Shown one piece after another: positions 46,575 to 57,879 of a stretch of 64,000 bases of DNA. Numbering within the stretch: position 1 is the first letter of the stretch; each line of letters starts with the position of its first letter. This stretch comes from Bacteroidales bacterium UBA6680 (GTDB lineage Bacteria > Bacteroidota > Bacteroidia > Bacteroidales > UBA6680), in assembly GCA_002454955.1 (NCBI GenBank), contig DKJY01000021.1, forward strand, positions 2,525-66,524, read 5' to 3'. The notes beneath the pieces are model-generated. The model was not told where the DNA came from and searched no databases. It worked only from the letters and a program-made list of their open reading frames with translations. Position numbers and translations under genes: made by a program.

Positions 46575-47558
46575 TTACTTTCTGTATTTAAATGCCTCTG
46601 TACTTATCCAGTAGATATCTGAATTACCATTTTGTGGCTCGTTAATAGCTTTATACATATCTGTTGTATTATATCTGGTAATGGTACTGCTATTCTGTCT
46701 GGACTGACTAAAAAACAGATACTTACCATCTGGTGTGATATATGGAGATAAGGCATGTGATCCAGAATAGTTTATGTTGTTGCCTAGTAGTGTTAATTCA
46801 CTCCATGTATCGTTATCAGATCTGTAGCTTATAGCGTAATCTGTTCTTCGACTTTTACCGTCGGTAATATTTGTGCATAGAATAATGTACGATTCATCTG
46901 GTGCTATACATGCATTGTACTGAAACTTGTTTCTGTTAATCTGTTTTGGTAGTTTCTCAGGTTCCTGATATTTACCGTTTACCATTTCAGATCTGTATAT
47001 ATACTGTTCTCCATTAGCTTCTTCTCTTGTAAAGTAAAGTGTACCGCTATTTGTAACCGACGGAAAATATTCACCACTATCTGTATTAATTGGTTTGCCA
47101 AGGTTGTATGGTTTGCTCCAGCCATCGTTGGTTTTATCGCATACCCATATGTTTTGGTAGTGCCATCCCTCTTTCTGCTCCATACCTTCTGGTGCTCTTG
47201 TAGAGAGAAACATTAAATGCTTACCGTCTGGTGTAATGTGTGGTTCTGCATCAAAGTACTCTGTACTGCCTGAGAAATGTGCAACCTCTGGTTGGCTCCA
47301 TTTATTGTTTACTAGTTTTGATGTAACAATAACAGAGTAGTTCCGAGACATTATTGAGTAGAATATCTCTGTTCCGTCAGGATTTATTGTAAAATCGCGT
47401 TCATACAGACCTCTGGATACAGTTCCCGGAGCAAATAATTTAAGGGTGGTATCTGGTTTGTTCATACTCAGATAGTTGAGAGATTTTTGAGGATTGTTAT
47501 TGCTGCATGATATAACTGTTGCAACACATACAGCAGATAAAAGTAGTTGTTTAATCAT
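46575..47558 (-). CDS. TolB-like PD40 (WD40-like) beta-propeller lipoprotein
   Basis: 327-aa ORF with a lipobox (VISCSNN). It has repeated PD40 signatures: FTINPDGTEIFYS, PHITPDGKHLMFLS, ACIAPDESYIIL, PYITPDGKYLFFS. Confidence 0.7.
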   Translation of the reverse strand: MIKQLLLSAVCVATVISCSNNNPQKSLNYLSMNKPDTTLKLFAPGTVSRGLYERDFTINPDGTEIFYSIMSRNYSVIVTSKLVNNKWSQPEVAHFSGSTEYFDAEPHITPDGKHLMFLSTRAPEGMEQKEGWHYQNIWVCDKTNDGWSKPYNLGKPINTDSGEYFPSVTNSGTLYFTREEANGEQYIYRSEMVNGKYQEPEKLPKQINRNKFQYNACIAPDESYIILCTNITDGKSRRTDYAISYRSDNDTWSELTLLGNNINYSGSHALSPYITPDGKYLFFSQSRQNSSTITRYNTTDMYKAINEPQNGNSDIYWISTEAFKYRK

Positions 47559-47675
47559 ATTAATAGTTTTTATACCTGAGGTTAGACCTCATTTTATTTA
47601 AGAGGATTAATATGATTTAGTAAGATATTGTTGATAGAACAGTATCAGTAATCTTTGATATCTGTTTTATACTGT

Positions 47676-48116
47676 TTAGTGTTGTAATATAACCTTACCC
47701 TCTTTTATATTTTTAACGTAGAGTGTACCATTGCGTGTTCCTGTTGTGTATTTTATTAGTACCTTAAAATTTTTGGTGCAATAACTATCTGGTAGAGCGG
47801 TTTCGTATTTTGGGATTGCAATAATTGTATAGGTTCTGAACTGTTTTAATCTCTTAAGAAGAGTGGTTTTACCTTCGATTGTAATGTCAAATGCCATATT
47901 ATAGTATCTGTTATTACGGCATACAATAATCTCTTTTATTGTAACATCTTTTTTACATCTGTTTTTTACTGTTAATGTATACCTGTCTTTACTCTTCACC
48001 CCCTCGCGTCCGGCAACAATAGTACTCTTTTCTGAATCTATTACCTTTAGCGTTGTTGAGCATGATAATAGTAATATTATACAAAGAATATAAACAACGG
48101 CTTTTGTGTATCTCAT
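47676..48116 (-). CDS. Small hypothetical lipoprotein
   Basis: 146-aa ORF with a lipobox (LLLSCSTT). I recognised no family. Confidence 0.5.
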   Translation of the reverse strand: MRYTKAVVYILCIILLLSCSTTLKVIDSEKSTIVAGREGVKSKDRYTLTVKNRCKKDVTIKEIIVCRNNRYYNMAFDITIEGKTTLLKRLKQFRTYTIIAIPKYETALPDSYCTKNFKVLIKYTTGTRNGTLYVKNIKEGKVILQH

Positions 48117-48136
48117 TACTGTTCTGTTTTAGATGT

Positions 48137-50701
48137 TTAGAATCTGGTTTTTACAATCTTCTTAACCGATCTGTTTTTTCCGTCGGACAGAGAGACTATA
48201 TATACTCCGTTTACATAGTTTGTTAGATCTACTATTTTGTGTGTTCCGTTTATCTTATTGCTATATACAACACCACCAATAGAGTTGTATATTATTACAC
48301 TGTACTCTGATCTGTTATTGGGCAATGAGATGTTTAACATACCAGTTGTAGGCGTTGGGTATACATTAAACATTATATTGTTGTTACCGCTTATGTTATT
48401 CGGATCACCACCATTGTCGTCGTCATCATCATCTCCTGGTTTAAGATCTCCATTAGAATCAGCGGTTATGGTAGTCTCCCATATGCCTCTGCCAAATGTT
48501 GCTGCTCTTAGTTTTCCTGCAGCGTAAAGAATCTCAAGATCGTTAACAATTACATTTGGTAACCCGTTATTGAATGATACCCAGCCAGAGGAGTCCCCAT
48601 CTTTGTAATATACACCAAGGTCAGTACCAATATATAACTCGTTATCACTTCCTGTTTCGTATATAATTTTATTTACAGGGATATTTGGTAACGATCCTGT
48701 TATGTTAGTCCATGTACTACCGAAGTCTATAGATTTGTATACTTTAGATCCGTCAACATAACCACCAAAGGCGATATAGAACTCTTCAGGTCTTACTGCA
48801 TTAACTGCAATACTGGTTATTGTTCCTGATGTTGGCTTTGTAATTGTAGACCATGTTTTTCCATTGTCTTTTGTTGCAAATAGTTTAAATCCGCTTGAGC
48901 AGTATATATATTTAGCGTCAGATGGCGATACAGCAATAACCTTTATACTTCCGTTTGTAGGTGATGCAAGCGATTGCCAGTTATCGCCTTTGTCGGCACT
49001 TTTATATATGTTAGAAAACCCGCCAAATAGTATCTCAGGATTTGTTGGGTGTATCTCAAGAGGCCAAACAAATGCAGCTCCGCTTGGTGTATTCAGAGCT
49101 ATTGCTGGTGTAGCCCATCCGTCGAGTGTTCTATTCACAAAGCCATTCTGACTACATGTGTATGCTATATTCTCATTTGAGTAATCCCATACAGTTTCAA
49201 CGCCATCAGATCCGTAGTTTCTGTTGTGCCATTTGGTTCCATCGTACTGAGTAATATCGTTGTCTTGTGCTCCACCCATAACCAGATTACTGTTTTTAGG
49301 TGTTACAGCTAATTTGTAGTATTGTGTAATTGCTAATCCATTTGACAGATCCTCCCAGCTGTTGTCTGTTGTTATATCGCCCTTAAAGAGACCACCATCA
49401 TTTGCTGAGAATAGTATAGAGTTACTTCCTGGCAGAAACTTAAGATCGTGATGGTCAGAATGTACATAGAAGAAAGGGTTGCCGGCAACCCAGTAACCAT
49501 CCAAGTATTTCTCCCATGTAAGGTTACTGTCAACTATCTTCGATCGCCAGCCATCAACACCACCAAGAATCATCAAGTCTTTGTTGTTAGGTGCTATTAT
49601 TATTGTCTGGTTATACCCACCTTGTGTTTCAAACTGTGCAGGTATATCCATATCGTTCCATGTTGTACCTCCGTTGGTTGACCTGTACCCATTGCTACTA
49701 CCTATTGCTACCAGAATCTCAGGGTCATCTGCTGTTACAGCAAGGTCAATTCTGCTTGTCTCAAAAGAGTCTCCTGTAATATCCTGCCATGTTTCGCCAT
49801 TATCTGACGATTTATATACATCGCCTGATTGGGTAGAGGCGTACATAATTGTTGTACTGCCTGGTTTGTACATTATATCGTTAAAGAAGGTTGTAGATGT
49901 CTTTACTGTCCATGTGGATCCTTTATCAGTAGATTTATATATGCCATTTGATGTTGTGGCGAACACATTATTACTATTAGAGGGGTCTATAATTACATGA
50001 GCAATCTGTCTAGAGCTGGTAACATTATAATTAAGCCCCGTTGTTGTCCATGTCTCTCCACCATCAACTGATTTAAAAATACCAAGAGAGTTATTGTGCT
50101 GACCATCGTAATCTCCTGTAGCTAGATACATTATATCTGTATTGTTTGCATCAATTGCTATATCAGACACACCAAGATTCGGAATATCATTACCTTTTAC
50201 AGCCCACGACTGACCGGCATCGGTAGATTTCCATAAACCTCCCGCCGGTGTACCTATCCATATTATATCAGAGTCAGACGGATTAAACTCTACAACATTT
50301 ATTCTGCCCAGTCCTGCATAGAAAGTAGATGTTGATTCCGGAATTGTAGATGGACCAAGTGATGTCCAGCTTTCAGATGTTGTACTCCTACTCTGATTTG
50401 CCTTGTATTTAATCCACTCATTATACGTATGCATTGGATTTTGGAAAGAGCCATTGCTTAATACTCTGTTCTCCCAATAATATTCCCACCTTTTAAATTG
50501 TTTATATGCTCTGCTATAGTTTTTTCTATCAATATGTTTACTGAATGATCGCCCTTTAAACTCGTATTTTATATTGTCTTGTATAGTGTTAATGTTTAAG
50601 TCCTCTGCCTGCATCTTCTTCCAGTCCTGAGCACTTACATTGCCTATAGTTATTAGTGCGTATAGTGCAGTAATAGATAGTATTCTAACTATTGAGATCA
50701 T
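48137..50701 (-). CDS. BNR/Asp-box repeat (sortilin/VPS10- or xyloglucanase-like) T9SS-secreted protein
   Basis: 854-aa ORF with a signal peptide and at least 8 Asp-box repeats (STDAGQSW, SVDGGETW, STDKGSTW, SSDNGETW, STNGGTTW, SADKGDNW, TKDNGKTW, SIDFGSTW). It has a poly-D linker and a C-terminal T9SS sorting domain (FNVYPTPT...GVYIVSL). Confidence 0.8.
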   Translation of the reverse strand: MISIVRILSITALYALITIGNVSAQDWKKMQAEDLNINTIQDNIKYEFKGRSFSKHIDRKNYSRAYKQFKRWEYYWENRVLSNGSFQNPMHTYNEWIKYKANQSRSTTSESWTSLGPSTIPESTSTFYAGLGRINVVEFNPSDSDIIWIGTPAGGLWKSTDAGQSWAVKGNDIPNLGVSDIAIDANNTDIMYLATGDYDGQHNNSLGIFKSVDGGETWTTTGLNYNVTSSRQIAHVIIDPSNSNNVFATTSNGIYKSTDKGSTWTVKTSTTFFNDIMYKPGSTTIMYASTQSGDVYKSSDNGETWQDITGDSFETSRIDLAVTADDPEILVAIGSSNGYRSTNGGTTWNDMDIPAQFETQGGYNQTIIIAPNNKDLMILGGVDGWRSKIVDSNLTWEKYLDGYWVAGNPFFYVHSDHHDLKFLPGSNSILFSANDGGLFKGDITTDNSWEDLSNGLAITQYYKLAVTPKNSNLVMGGAQDNDITQYDGTKWHNRNYGSDGVETVWDYSNENIAYTCSQNGFVNRTLDGWATPAIALNTPSGAAFVWPLEIHPTNPEILFGGFSNIYKSADKGDNWQSLASPTNGSIKVIAVSPSDAKYIYCSSGFKLFATKDNGKTWSTITKPTSGTITSIAVNAVRPEEFYIAFGGYVDGSKVYKSIDFGSTWTNITGSLPNIPVNKIIYETGSDNELYIGTDLGVYYKDGDSSGWVSFNNGLPNVIVNDLEILYAAGKLRAATFGRGIWETTITADSNGDLKPGDDDDDDNGGDPNNISGNNNIMFNVYPTPTTGMLNISLPNNRSEYSVIIYNSIGGVVYSNKINGTHKIVDLTNYVNGVYIVSLSDGKNRSVKKIVKTRF

Positions 50702-50774
50702 ATAATTGAGTTTAATGTTTAATTACAAGTTATTCAATATTTTTGTTATTTCAATAGTTATAACATAAAAAGAG

Positions 50775-52535
50775 TTATAAAGTTTGTCCCCAGAACCTAT
50801 TAGCTACCATATCGTTTTTATTGTTACTATTTTTCAATATCTTAACATGTTTGGACTTAGTTCTTCTTAGTAGCTTATTGAATGTAATACTCTCTATTTT
50901 ACCATTACGTAATATTGTTAGATTCATCTTTGATGCACTTATATGAATATCCTCTAATGTTGGGTTAGCTTTGTTGTTAATCTTTAGAATAGTCAACTCT
51001 TTCTTACCAAAGGCCTTATTAATATCGCTTTTTGAAATTACCATGCCATTTCCATATTTGGTTTTAATGTATTTAACAGATTTTATCTTTACATAGTAGT
51101 AACTTTTCTCTTCTTTTTTGTTAAGAACATTATATCCTAAAACGCCAAATATATATTTCGGATTAATATTTTTTCTTCCTCTTATATATCTTGATATTAT
51201 ACGTTCAACATTTACAATAGAGTTTATCTCATTAATAATATCTTTACTATCAAAGCTCTTGTGGGTATATCTGTCTCTTAGTATTTCAACAATGTCAAAA
51301 AGGTTTTTCTCTCCGTTACTACTCTTTATAATTTCAATATCAAGCATCATAGCAACAAGAGCACCTCTGTTATATACTGTTCCGTAATTTCTTCTTCCGT
51401 ACCATGAGTATATATCTTTACTAAGTTTTGTTAAAGATGCATTTCTGAGACGAATAAAGTTTCTTTTATTCATCTTATCTTCAGCATATTTATTATACAT
51501 CTCTTTTATAAACTCGCTCTTTGTATAATAACCTGATGTATATTTTACCTTTTGCGTAAGATACTCTGTAACTCCTTCGTATAGCCAAAGGTGTTCATCG
51601 CATTTTGGGTTTTGGTAATCAAAGTTCTCAATTACGTTACTTCTCACAACAAGAGGCAAATAGCATGCATGTATAAATTCGTGAATCATCATTGAGTACA
51701 GAATGGAATACGTTTGTGTAAACATCCTATTCATATTAATGGTATTCACAGAGTTATCTTTGTGTTCTAATGCACTATGTGTGGTCTTGTTTTTAGTAGC
51801 ATATATAAAGAATGTATACTCTTTATTTGGATACCTAAGGTACTTTGTTGCTATCTCAACTGTTCTTTTAAGATCGTTATATATTGAATCAACAGGGTTC
51901 TCATCTGTACTTGAAAAGCTTACAATATTAAATGTTTTAGAGTTGCAAGTGAACTGTTTGGTCTTTACCCCACTTTTAAACATCATCAGTGGTTTATCTA
52001 TCAACTCGTCGTAATTTGATGCGTATAGTGTTAAGGTGCTGTCATTAGCTTCTTTGTGTTCTAATGTGCTATATGGTTTTAAACATTCAGGTTTTATAAT
52101 CTCTATGGAATAAGGAGTTTTATCTGTATTGTTAAAGTAACCGATAATAGAGTACCAGTTAAATACAAATACCGAATCTTTTATAGCCACAGAACCTTCC
52201 GGCGATAGATAATCCCATTTATTGAAATTACTATAATATTCAAAAGATGTACACTGTGGAATTTTAACCGAATTTATATCCTCTTTTATTATATCCACAC
52301 CTTTACTTGTTCTGAAACTGTTACATTTAGATCCTGCGTTTTGATGATTATAGGTACCATATATCGATTTTGGAAAGTAGTAATGTCCTGAAGTTTCTTT
52401 GTTGTTATTAACTTCAATCTTTAGTTTCTTGTCGACTAATTTTTTAAGGTTTATCTTAACGTATATTGTGTCGGTTGCAAATAGAGAGGTTATGCAATAG
52501 AGTACAAATGTCAGAGTAACAGTTAATTTCTTCAT
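50775..52535 (-). CDS. Secreted gluzincin metallopeptidase (M61/M1-like)
   Basis: 586-aa ORF with a signal peptide. The HExxH motif (MIHEFIHACY) is followed by WLYEGVTEYL, which fits a third-ligand Glu as in M61 glycyl aminopeptidases. The C-terminal domain is PDZ-like. Confidence 0.5.
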   Translation of the reverse strand: MKKLTVTLTFVLYCITSLFATDTIYVKINLKKLVDKKLKIEVNNNKETSGHYYFPKSIYGTYNHQNAGSKCNSFRTSKGVDIIKEDINSVKIPQCTSFEYYSNFNKWDYLSPEGSVAIKDSVFVFNWYSIIGYFNNTDKTPYSIEIIKPECLKPYSTLEHKEANDSTLTLYASNYDELIDKPLMMFKSGVKTKQFTCNSKTFNIVSFSSTDENPVDSIYNDLKRTVEIATKYLRYPNKEYTFFIYATKNKTTHSALEHKDNSVNTINMNRMFTQTYSILYSMMIHEFIHACYLPLVVRSNVIENFDYQNPKCDEHLWLYEGVTEYLTQKVKYTSGYYTKSEFIKEMYNKYAEDKMNKRNFIRLRNASLTKLSKDIYSWYGRRNYGTVYNRGALVAMMLDIEIIKSSNGEKNLFDIVEILRDRYTHKSFDSKDIINEINSIVNVERIISRYIRGRKNINPKYIFGVLGYNVLNKKEEKSYYYVKIKSVKYIKTKYGNGMVISKSDINKAFGKKELTILKINNKANPTLEDIHISASKMNLTILRNGKIESITFNKLLRRTKSKHVKILKNSNNKNDMVANRFWGQTL

Positions 52536-52789
52536 AAATTATAAATTCTTTTTTTTATATAAATATTGCATTATGTTGCCATGATAAATATCAGGACACA
52601 GGTGGTTATTTTATATGCGTAAATTCTATTTTATGTAAATAAAGAGCAATTGTATGTTCAGGACTAAACACATGATATAAATCTATTTTTTTTCGTTTTT
52701 ATTGTGTAAGTGTACTATTTATTGACTGCATAGGTGTTTGTAGAATGAATAATTTTGTATTTTGTACGTTAAATAACAGGCAAATATCT

Positions 52790-53536
52790 ATGGAAAAAAT
52801 TATTACACTTACCCACGAAAATATTGATGAAGAGCATATATGTTGTGCAATATCAGATAAGAAATGTAAAGAGGGATATCTAGCCAAAAAGGAGTGGATA
52901 AAACAACAGATTGATGATGGTTTTGTATTTAAGAAACTTGATGTAAGAGGAAAAGTTTTTATAGAGTATTGTCCGGCAGAAAAAGCCTGGGCTCCTGTTC
53001 ATGCTCCCGGATATATGTTTATTAACTGTTTCTGGGTTTCCGGTAAATATAAGGGCGAGGGAAACGGAAAGAGTCTTTTGCAAGAGTGTATAAACGATGC
53101 TAAAGGTATGAATGGTATTGTTGCTGTTACATCAACAAAAAAGCAGCCATTTTTATCGGATAAAAAATTCTTTAAGATGCAGGGGTTTGAACTGTGTGAT
53201 AGTTCTGACCCATACTTTGAGCTTTGGTATCTGAAATTAAAAGATGATGCCCCAACTCCGAAAATAAAAGATTGTGCAAAAGATGGAGTATGTGATATAA
53301 CCGATGGATTAGCTATATACTACACAAATGGTTGTCCGTTTACAGAGTACTATGTTAATCTTCTGGAGGTTATTGCTTCAGAGAAGGGACATAAAGTATC
53401 TGTAATAAAGATTGATAGTAGGGAGAAGGCTCAGAACCATTTTGTTCCGTATACAAACTATGGAATATTTAACAACGGAACCTTTGTTACTCAGCATATC
53501 CTTAATGAGAAGTATTTTGATAAGTTTATAAAGTAG
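52790..53536 (+). CDS. GNAT-type N-acetyltransferase with a YoaP-like C-terminal domain
   Basis: The start is taken at MEKIITLTHENIDEEHICCAISDKK. The GNAT core is FINCFWVSGKYKGEGNGKSLL. A C-terminal ~90-aa YoaP-like region contains YYTNGCPF. Confidence 0.6.
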   Translation: MEKIITLTHENIDEEHICCAISDKKCKEGYLAKKEWIKQQIDDGFVFKKLDVRGKVFIEYCPAEKAWAPVHAPGYMFINCFWVSGKYKGEGNGKSLLQECINDAKGMNGIVAVTSTKKQPFLSDKKFFKMQGFELCDSSDPYFELWYLKLKDDAPTPKIKDCAKDGVCDITDGLAIYYTNGCPFTEYYVNLLEVIASEKGHKVSVIKIDSREKAQNHFVPYTNYGIFNNGTFVTQHILNEKYFDKFIK

Positions 53537-53638
53537 TCTTCTTTTTATAATCACTGTATGAGATAGGTTTTGGTTTATTATTAGCTATTTTAATAATAAG
53601 TTATATATTTTTAAAGCAATAATTTAATACAACTCCAA

Positions 53639-55996
53639 ATGAAAGCCATTAGATATACATTGTGTATGGTAACAGCTATTGTGTTACCAATACTTATATA
53701 CGCAACACCCAATTCACAACAAGATATATATCATAGTGATGATAGCAGAGATTCTGCACTGATAAAACTGTATCTTAAAAAGGGTATGAGAACTGAGAGT
53801 GTGAATTTTGACTCAGCAATGCACTACTACAACACAGCACTTGATATATCTGAAAGAAACAGTTGGATAGATGAGCAAGCTAAGGTTCTGGTTAATATCG
53901 GATTTGCATATAGATACAGCCTTAACTCAAGAGAGTCTTTAGACTATCTTGACAAAGGTTTGAAACTATATAAAGAGGCTGCTAATGATAAGGGAGTTGC
54001 AGATACATATTATAATATGGGTATATTCTATTGTTATTTTGAGGATTTTGCAAAGTCGATAACATGTTTTATAAATGCTGTAGAGTTAAGCACAAAACTT
54101 GGAGATAACAAAAGGCTTGGGATGATATATAATAATCTTGGACTACAATATTATTATACCGGACAGTATGAGAAATCTAATATATATCAGTATAAGGCAC
54201 TTGGATATAAAGAGGCAATTGGTGATAGAACAATTAACTTTACTCATCTGAATATTGGGCTTAATTATTACCAACAAAAAAAATATGAGAAGAGTATTGA
54301 GCAGTATAAAAAGGCTCTTAACCTTACCAATATAGATAAAGAGAGAAGTGTTGTGGCTACATGTAATAAAAATATTGCCGATGTATATGTTGATATGGGC
54401 AGATATGACTCAGCCATGTTTTATCTTGAGAGAGCACATATAATATACAAACAACTTGATGATAAAATCTCAATAGCAAGATACTATAACAAATTGGGAG
54501 ATATATATCTGCATGAAGATAATCTTGACAAAGCAGAGAAGAGTTATCTTAATGCTGTATCGCTGCTATCATATAATAATGCAAAGCGCCCTCTGTTTTA
54601 TTCATTCTCTAATCTGGCAGAGTTAAATATACTTAAGATTGATAAAGGTATTGGTAATAGACAGCTATTAGCCAAAAAAGCTATGCAATTTGGAACAAAG
54701 ATGAGAGCTCTGGCAGATAGTACAGGTATGTTGCATTGGAAAAAAGATAGCTATGAGATTATGTATAACCTCTATAAACGAAGAGGTGATAGCGACAAGG
54801 CTCTTAAATATGCCAGTGATCTACTGTTAATTAAGGATTCGTTGTCTTCAGTTAATCGTGATAAGGTTGTCTCTGATTTGCAGGTTAAATATGAGACATT
54901 ACAAAAGGAGCAACATATAGAGCAGCAGCGTAAGGATATTGATATTCAGAAAAGAGTTATTGATAATGAGAGAAGGTCAAAGAATATATTGATTATTGGA
55001 TTGTCGGTTCTTATATTGCTGATGGTTACAATATATATATTATATGTACAGAAACAGAGGGCAAACAGAAAGCTACAATTGTTGTCGCAATTTAAGGATG
55101 ATATGTCTGGTATGGTTGTACATGATCTTAAGACACCGTTAAGCACAATATTAAATGCCGATGTAATAGCTGACGGAAAGGAGAGGAGCAACCTTATTAA
55201 GCAATCTGCTTTATCAATAAATAACCTGGTAGATAATGTTCTTGATGTATACAAATATAAAAGTACCGATATCAAGATTGTAGAATCAGATGCAGAGATT
55301 ACCGATATTGTTAATAACTCGATTAGTCAGGTAGCACTGCTTGCAAGTAAGAGGAGTATAACTATTAATATTGATATTAAAGAGGGATATATTGTATCTG
55401 TTGATACTGTGATTTTAGATAGGGTTCTTATTAACCTTATGTCAAACGCAATAAAGTTCTCTCCTGTTGGTAGTACAGTAACTGTATGTGCTAAACAAGA
55501 TAGTAACAAATCGTTATTATTATCGGTTGCTGACAACGGAGAGGGAATACCTGATAGTATGAAAGAGTCGGTATTTGATAGATTTGTTCAGGGAACAAAT
55601 AGTAGTAACCGCAACAGAGGCTCTGTAGGACTTGGACTTACATTTTGCAAAATGGCTGTAGAGGCACATAACGGAACAATTAGTGTTGAATCCGGAGAGA
55701 AGCAAGGTGCCACGTTTATTATAGTGCTCAATAATGTTATTAAGGATAAGAGTAATAATGCCGTATATAATACAGGTATTCAGGCGTATGACCTGAGCAA
55801 CTCAGATATAGAGTATCTGAAACCATTCTGCGATAAACTTAAGAGTTATAAGATATTTCAGATATGGGATATCAACAATGTATTGCGAGCCATTGATAAT
55901 AAAAGCGAAGGTATCATAATGTGGCGCGATATGGTTGATAAAGCCGTTTATAATTGCGATGATATTATGTTTGCAAAGCTGATAGACTTTAAGTAG
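53639..55996 (+). CDS. TPR-repeat sensor histidine kinase
   Basis: 785-aa ORF with a signal peptide, about 8 TPR-like repeats, a coiled coil and one TM helix (ILIIGLSVLILLMVTIYILYV). It has the H-box VVHDLKTPL, N-box NLMSNAIKFSP, G1 DNGEGIP and G2 GSVGLGL. Confidence 0.8.
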   Translation: MKAIRYTLCMVTAIVLPILIYATPNSQQDIYHSDDSRDSALIKLYLKKGMRTESVNFDSAMHYYNTALDISERNSWIDEQAKVLVNIGFAYRYSLNSRESLDYLDKGLKLYKEAANDKGVADTYYNMGIFYCYFEDFAKSITCFINAVELSTKLGDNKRLGMIYNNLGLQYYYTGQYEKSNIYQYKALGYKEAIGDRTINFTHLNIGLNYYQQKKYEKSIEQYKKALNLTNIDKERSVVATCNKNIADVYVDMGRYDSAMFYLERAHIIYKQLDDKISIARYYNKLGDIYLHEDNLDKAEKSYLNAVSLLSYNNAKRPLFYSFSNLAELNILKIDKGIGNRQLLAKKAMQFGTKMRALADSTGMLHWKKDSYEIMYNLYKRRGDSDKALKYASDLLLIKDSLSSVNRDKVVSDLQVKYETLQKEQHIEQQRKDIDIQKRVIDNERRSKNILIIGLSVLILLMVTIYILYVQKQRANRKLQLLSQFKDDMSGMVVHDLKTPLSTILNADVIADGKERSNLIKQSALSINNLVDNVLDVYKYKSTDIKIVESDAEITDIVNNSISQVALLASKRSITINIDIKEGYIVSVDTVILDRVLINLMSNAIKFSPVGSTVTVCAKQDSNKSLLLSVADNGEGIPDSMKESVFDRFVQGTNSSNRNRGSVGLGLTFCKMAVEAHNGTISVESGEKQGATFIIVLNNVIKDKSNNAVYNTGIQAYDLSNSDIEYLKPFCDKLKSYKIFQIWDINNVLRAIDNKSEGIIMWRDMVDKAVYNCDDIMFAKLIDFK

Positions 55997-56081
55997 TATA
56001 TATGTTGCATGGTTGAATAATTATTTAGTATGTTGCAATACAGCATAAATATAATTGCTGTAACTGTTTTTAATTATAATA

Positions 56082-56930
56082 TTGACATGCTGTATGAAGA
56101 GTTATAGAATATTATTAGTAGATGATTCTATTGAGGAGATAAAGACAATGGTGTCGATATTTGAGACATTCTTACCAGATTGTATCACATACCAGACAAA
56201 TAATCCGATAATGGTTTTAGATATTGCCAAAGAGGTACATGCTGATCTTATTATAACAGATTGGGATATGCCGGGAATGTCGGGATTAGATTTAATAGAT
56301 CATTTAAAGAGAGATAATGATACAAAAGATATTCCGGTAATAGTTGTTACCGGAGTTATGCTTACAGCCGATAGCCTTAACAGAGCACTTGGTTCAGGGG
56401 CTGTTGATTATATTCGTAAACCAATAGAGCCAATAGAGCTCATTGCCCGCACAAAATCAGCACTGCTTACTAAAAGCTACTATGAGCAGATTGTAAATCA
56501 TAAAGATCAGGAGATTACAGAGAGTTCACTCTTTTTAGTAAAAAACCATGAGTTTATCTCAAGAGTCTCTAAACGAATAGAGAAGATAAAAGATATTATC
56601 GATATTAATCCGGAGAAGGCTAAAAAAGAACTTATTACAGTGAGGAATGAGATTGAACGGAGTGGAAACGAAGATAGTTGGTATCGTTTTAACCTGTCGT
56701 TCTCTAGAGTGTATAAAGAGTTTGACAGAAACCTTATAACAAAACACCCAAACCTTACTCAAACAGATGTAAGGCTCTGTTCGTTTATCAGATTAGGAAT
56801 GTCTAATAAAGAGATAGCACTTGTTCTTAACCAATCAACAGATAGTGTTAAGGTAACAAAATACAGACTGCGTAAAAAGATACTATACGAGTCAGATATT
56901 AGTTTTGAGAACTATCTTAAACAGTTCTGA
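56082..56930 (+). CDS. Response regulator with a C-terminal LuxR/GerE-type HTH
   Basis: The receiver domain has ILLVDDS...LIITDWDMPGMSGLDL...YIRKP. The C-terminal HTH reads LTQTDVRLCSFIRLGMSNKEIALVLNQSTDSVKVTKYRLRKK. The likely start is MKSYRIL at 56094. Confidence 0.75.
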   Translation: MTCCMKSYRILLVDDSIEEIKTMVSIFETFLPDCITYQTNNPIMVLDIAKEVHADLIITDWDMPGMSGLDLIDHLKRDNDTKDIPVIVVTGVMLTADSLNRALGSGAVDYIRKPIEPIELIARTKSALLTKSYYEQIVNHKDQEITESSLFLVKNHEFISRVSKRIEKIKDIIDINPEKAKKELITVRNEIERSGNEDSWYRFNLSFSRVYKEFDRNLITKHPNLTQTDVRLCSFIRLGMSNKEIALVLNQSTDSVKVTKYRLRKKILYESDISFENYLKQF

Positions 56931-56937
56931 TACTGTA

Positions 56938-57651
56938 TTAGCCTGTTTTACTATTAATATCGTTATCAGGTTCTGTATTATTTGTATATAACTTTGATAC
57001 ATACCTGTTAATTATACAGCTTACCTCGTTGGCTCTGTCAACTATTATAAAATGTCCTCCTCCATTTATTATATCAACATTTCTCGATCGTCGTGGAGGG
57101 ATCATCTTATCGTCAGAGCCACTAATCTTTAATACATTCTTCAAAGATGTCTTATTGCTCCAGTTAGCAAGAGCACCAACAGCCCATTTCGCAAAATTAA
57201 GATCTGTATCTTTAATAATACTGTTAAGAAGCTCTTTTCTGCTTGTACCAAACATTCTATGAGTAATTATTTTTGGTGGCATTATAAACCTTTGTGGTAT
57301 AATATTAAATATCCCTAAACTACCCATAAACTTCAGGAACGGACTGAGTTCATCTCTGGTTTCGGCCGATGATATTAATATTGTTACTTTGGGCTTTAAA
57401 CGTTTGCTAATCTCTGTTGCAATAAAACCGCCAAAACTTACGCCAAGCAGACCAAAATCTTCATTAGTATTAATAGTCTCTGATAATCTGACGGAGTAAT
57501 CCTTTATAGACTCGTTCTCTATTGGTTTTATCCAGCTGACAGGTACAATTTCATAGTTCAGAGAGAGGTATTTGAATACTCTTGTATCTGCACCTAATCC
57601 GCTAATACAGTATATTTTCATGCGTTTAGATTTGGTTTTTTGTATAATCAT
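56938..57651 (-). CDS. Alpha/beta-fold hydrolase
   Basis: It has the nucleophile elbow G-V-S-F-G-G and a C-terminal GGGHF His context. The likely start is MKIYCISGLGAD (57621). Confidence 0.6.
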   Translation of the reverse strand: MIIQKTKSKRMKIYCISGLGADTRVFKYLSLNYEIVPVSWIKPIENESIKDYSVRLSETINTNEDFGLLGVSFGGFIATEISKRLKPKVTILISSAETRDELSPFLKFMGSLGIFNIIPQRFIMPPKIITHRMFGTSRKELLNSIIKDTDLNFAKWAVGALANWSNKTSLKNVLKISGSDDKMIPPRRSRNVDIINGGGHFIIVDRANEVSCIINRYVSKLYTNNTEPDNDINSKTG

Positions 57652-57850
57652 TTCTCTATGTACAGCCAGTAATAATTACATATAAATATAGCAATATAAT
57701 GACTGTAACGTTTTTGTATTTGCTATTTATTATATGTATGTGAAAATTTAAACTACTTTTTACATATACATATTAAAAGTCTATTATACCAAGTGTTATA
57801 ATTTTGTCTATAAGTTGTTTATCTGTATATGTTCTGATGCGGAAGAAAAT

Positions 57851-57879
57851 AAAAATACTCACTATTGAGTATTTTTTTT
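57851..57879. terminator. Bidirectional terminator-like hairpin in a divergent intergenic region
   Basis: AAAAATACTCA-CTAT-TGAGTATTTTT has an A-run on its 5' side and a T-run on its 3' side. It lies about 100 nt upstream of the 57981 start. Confidence 0.4.
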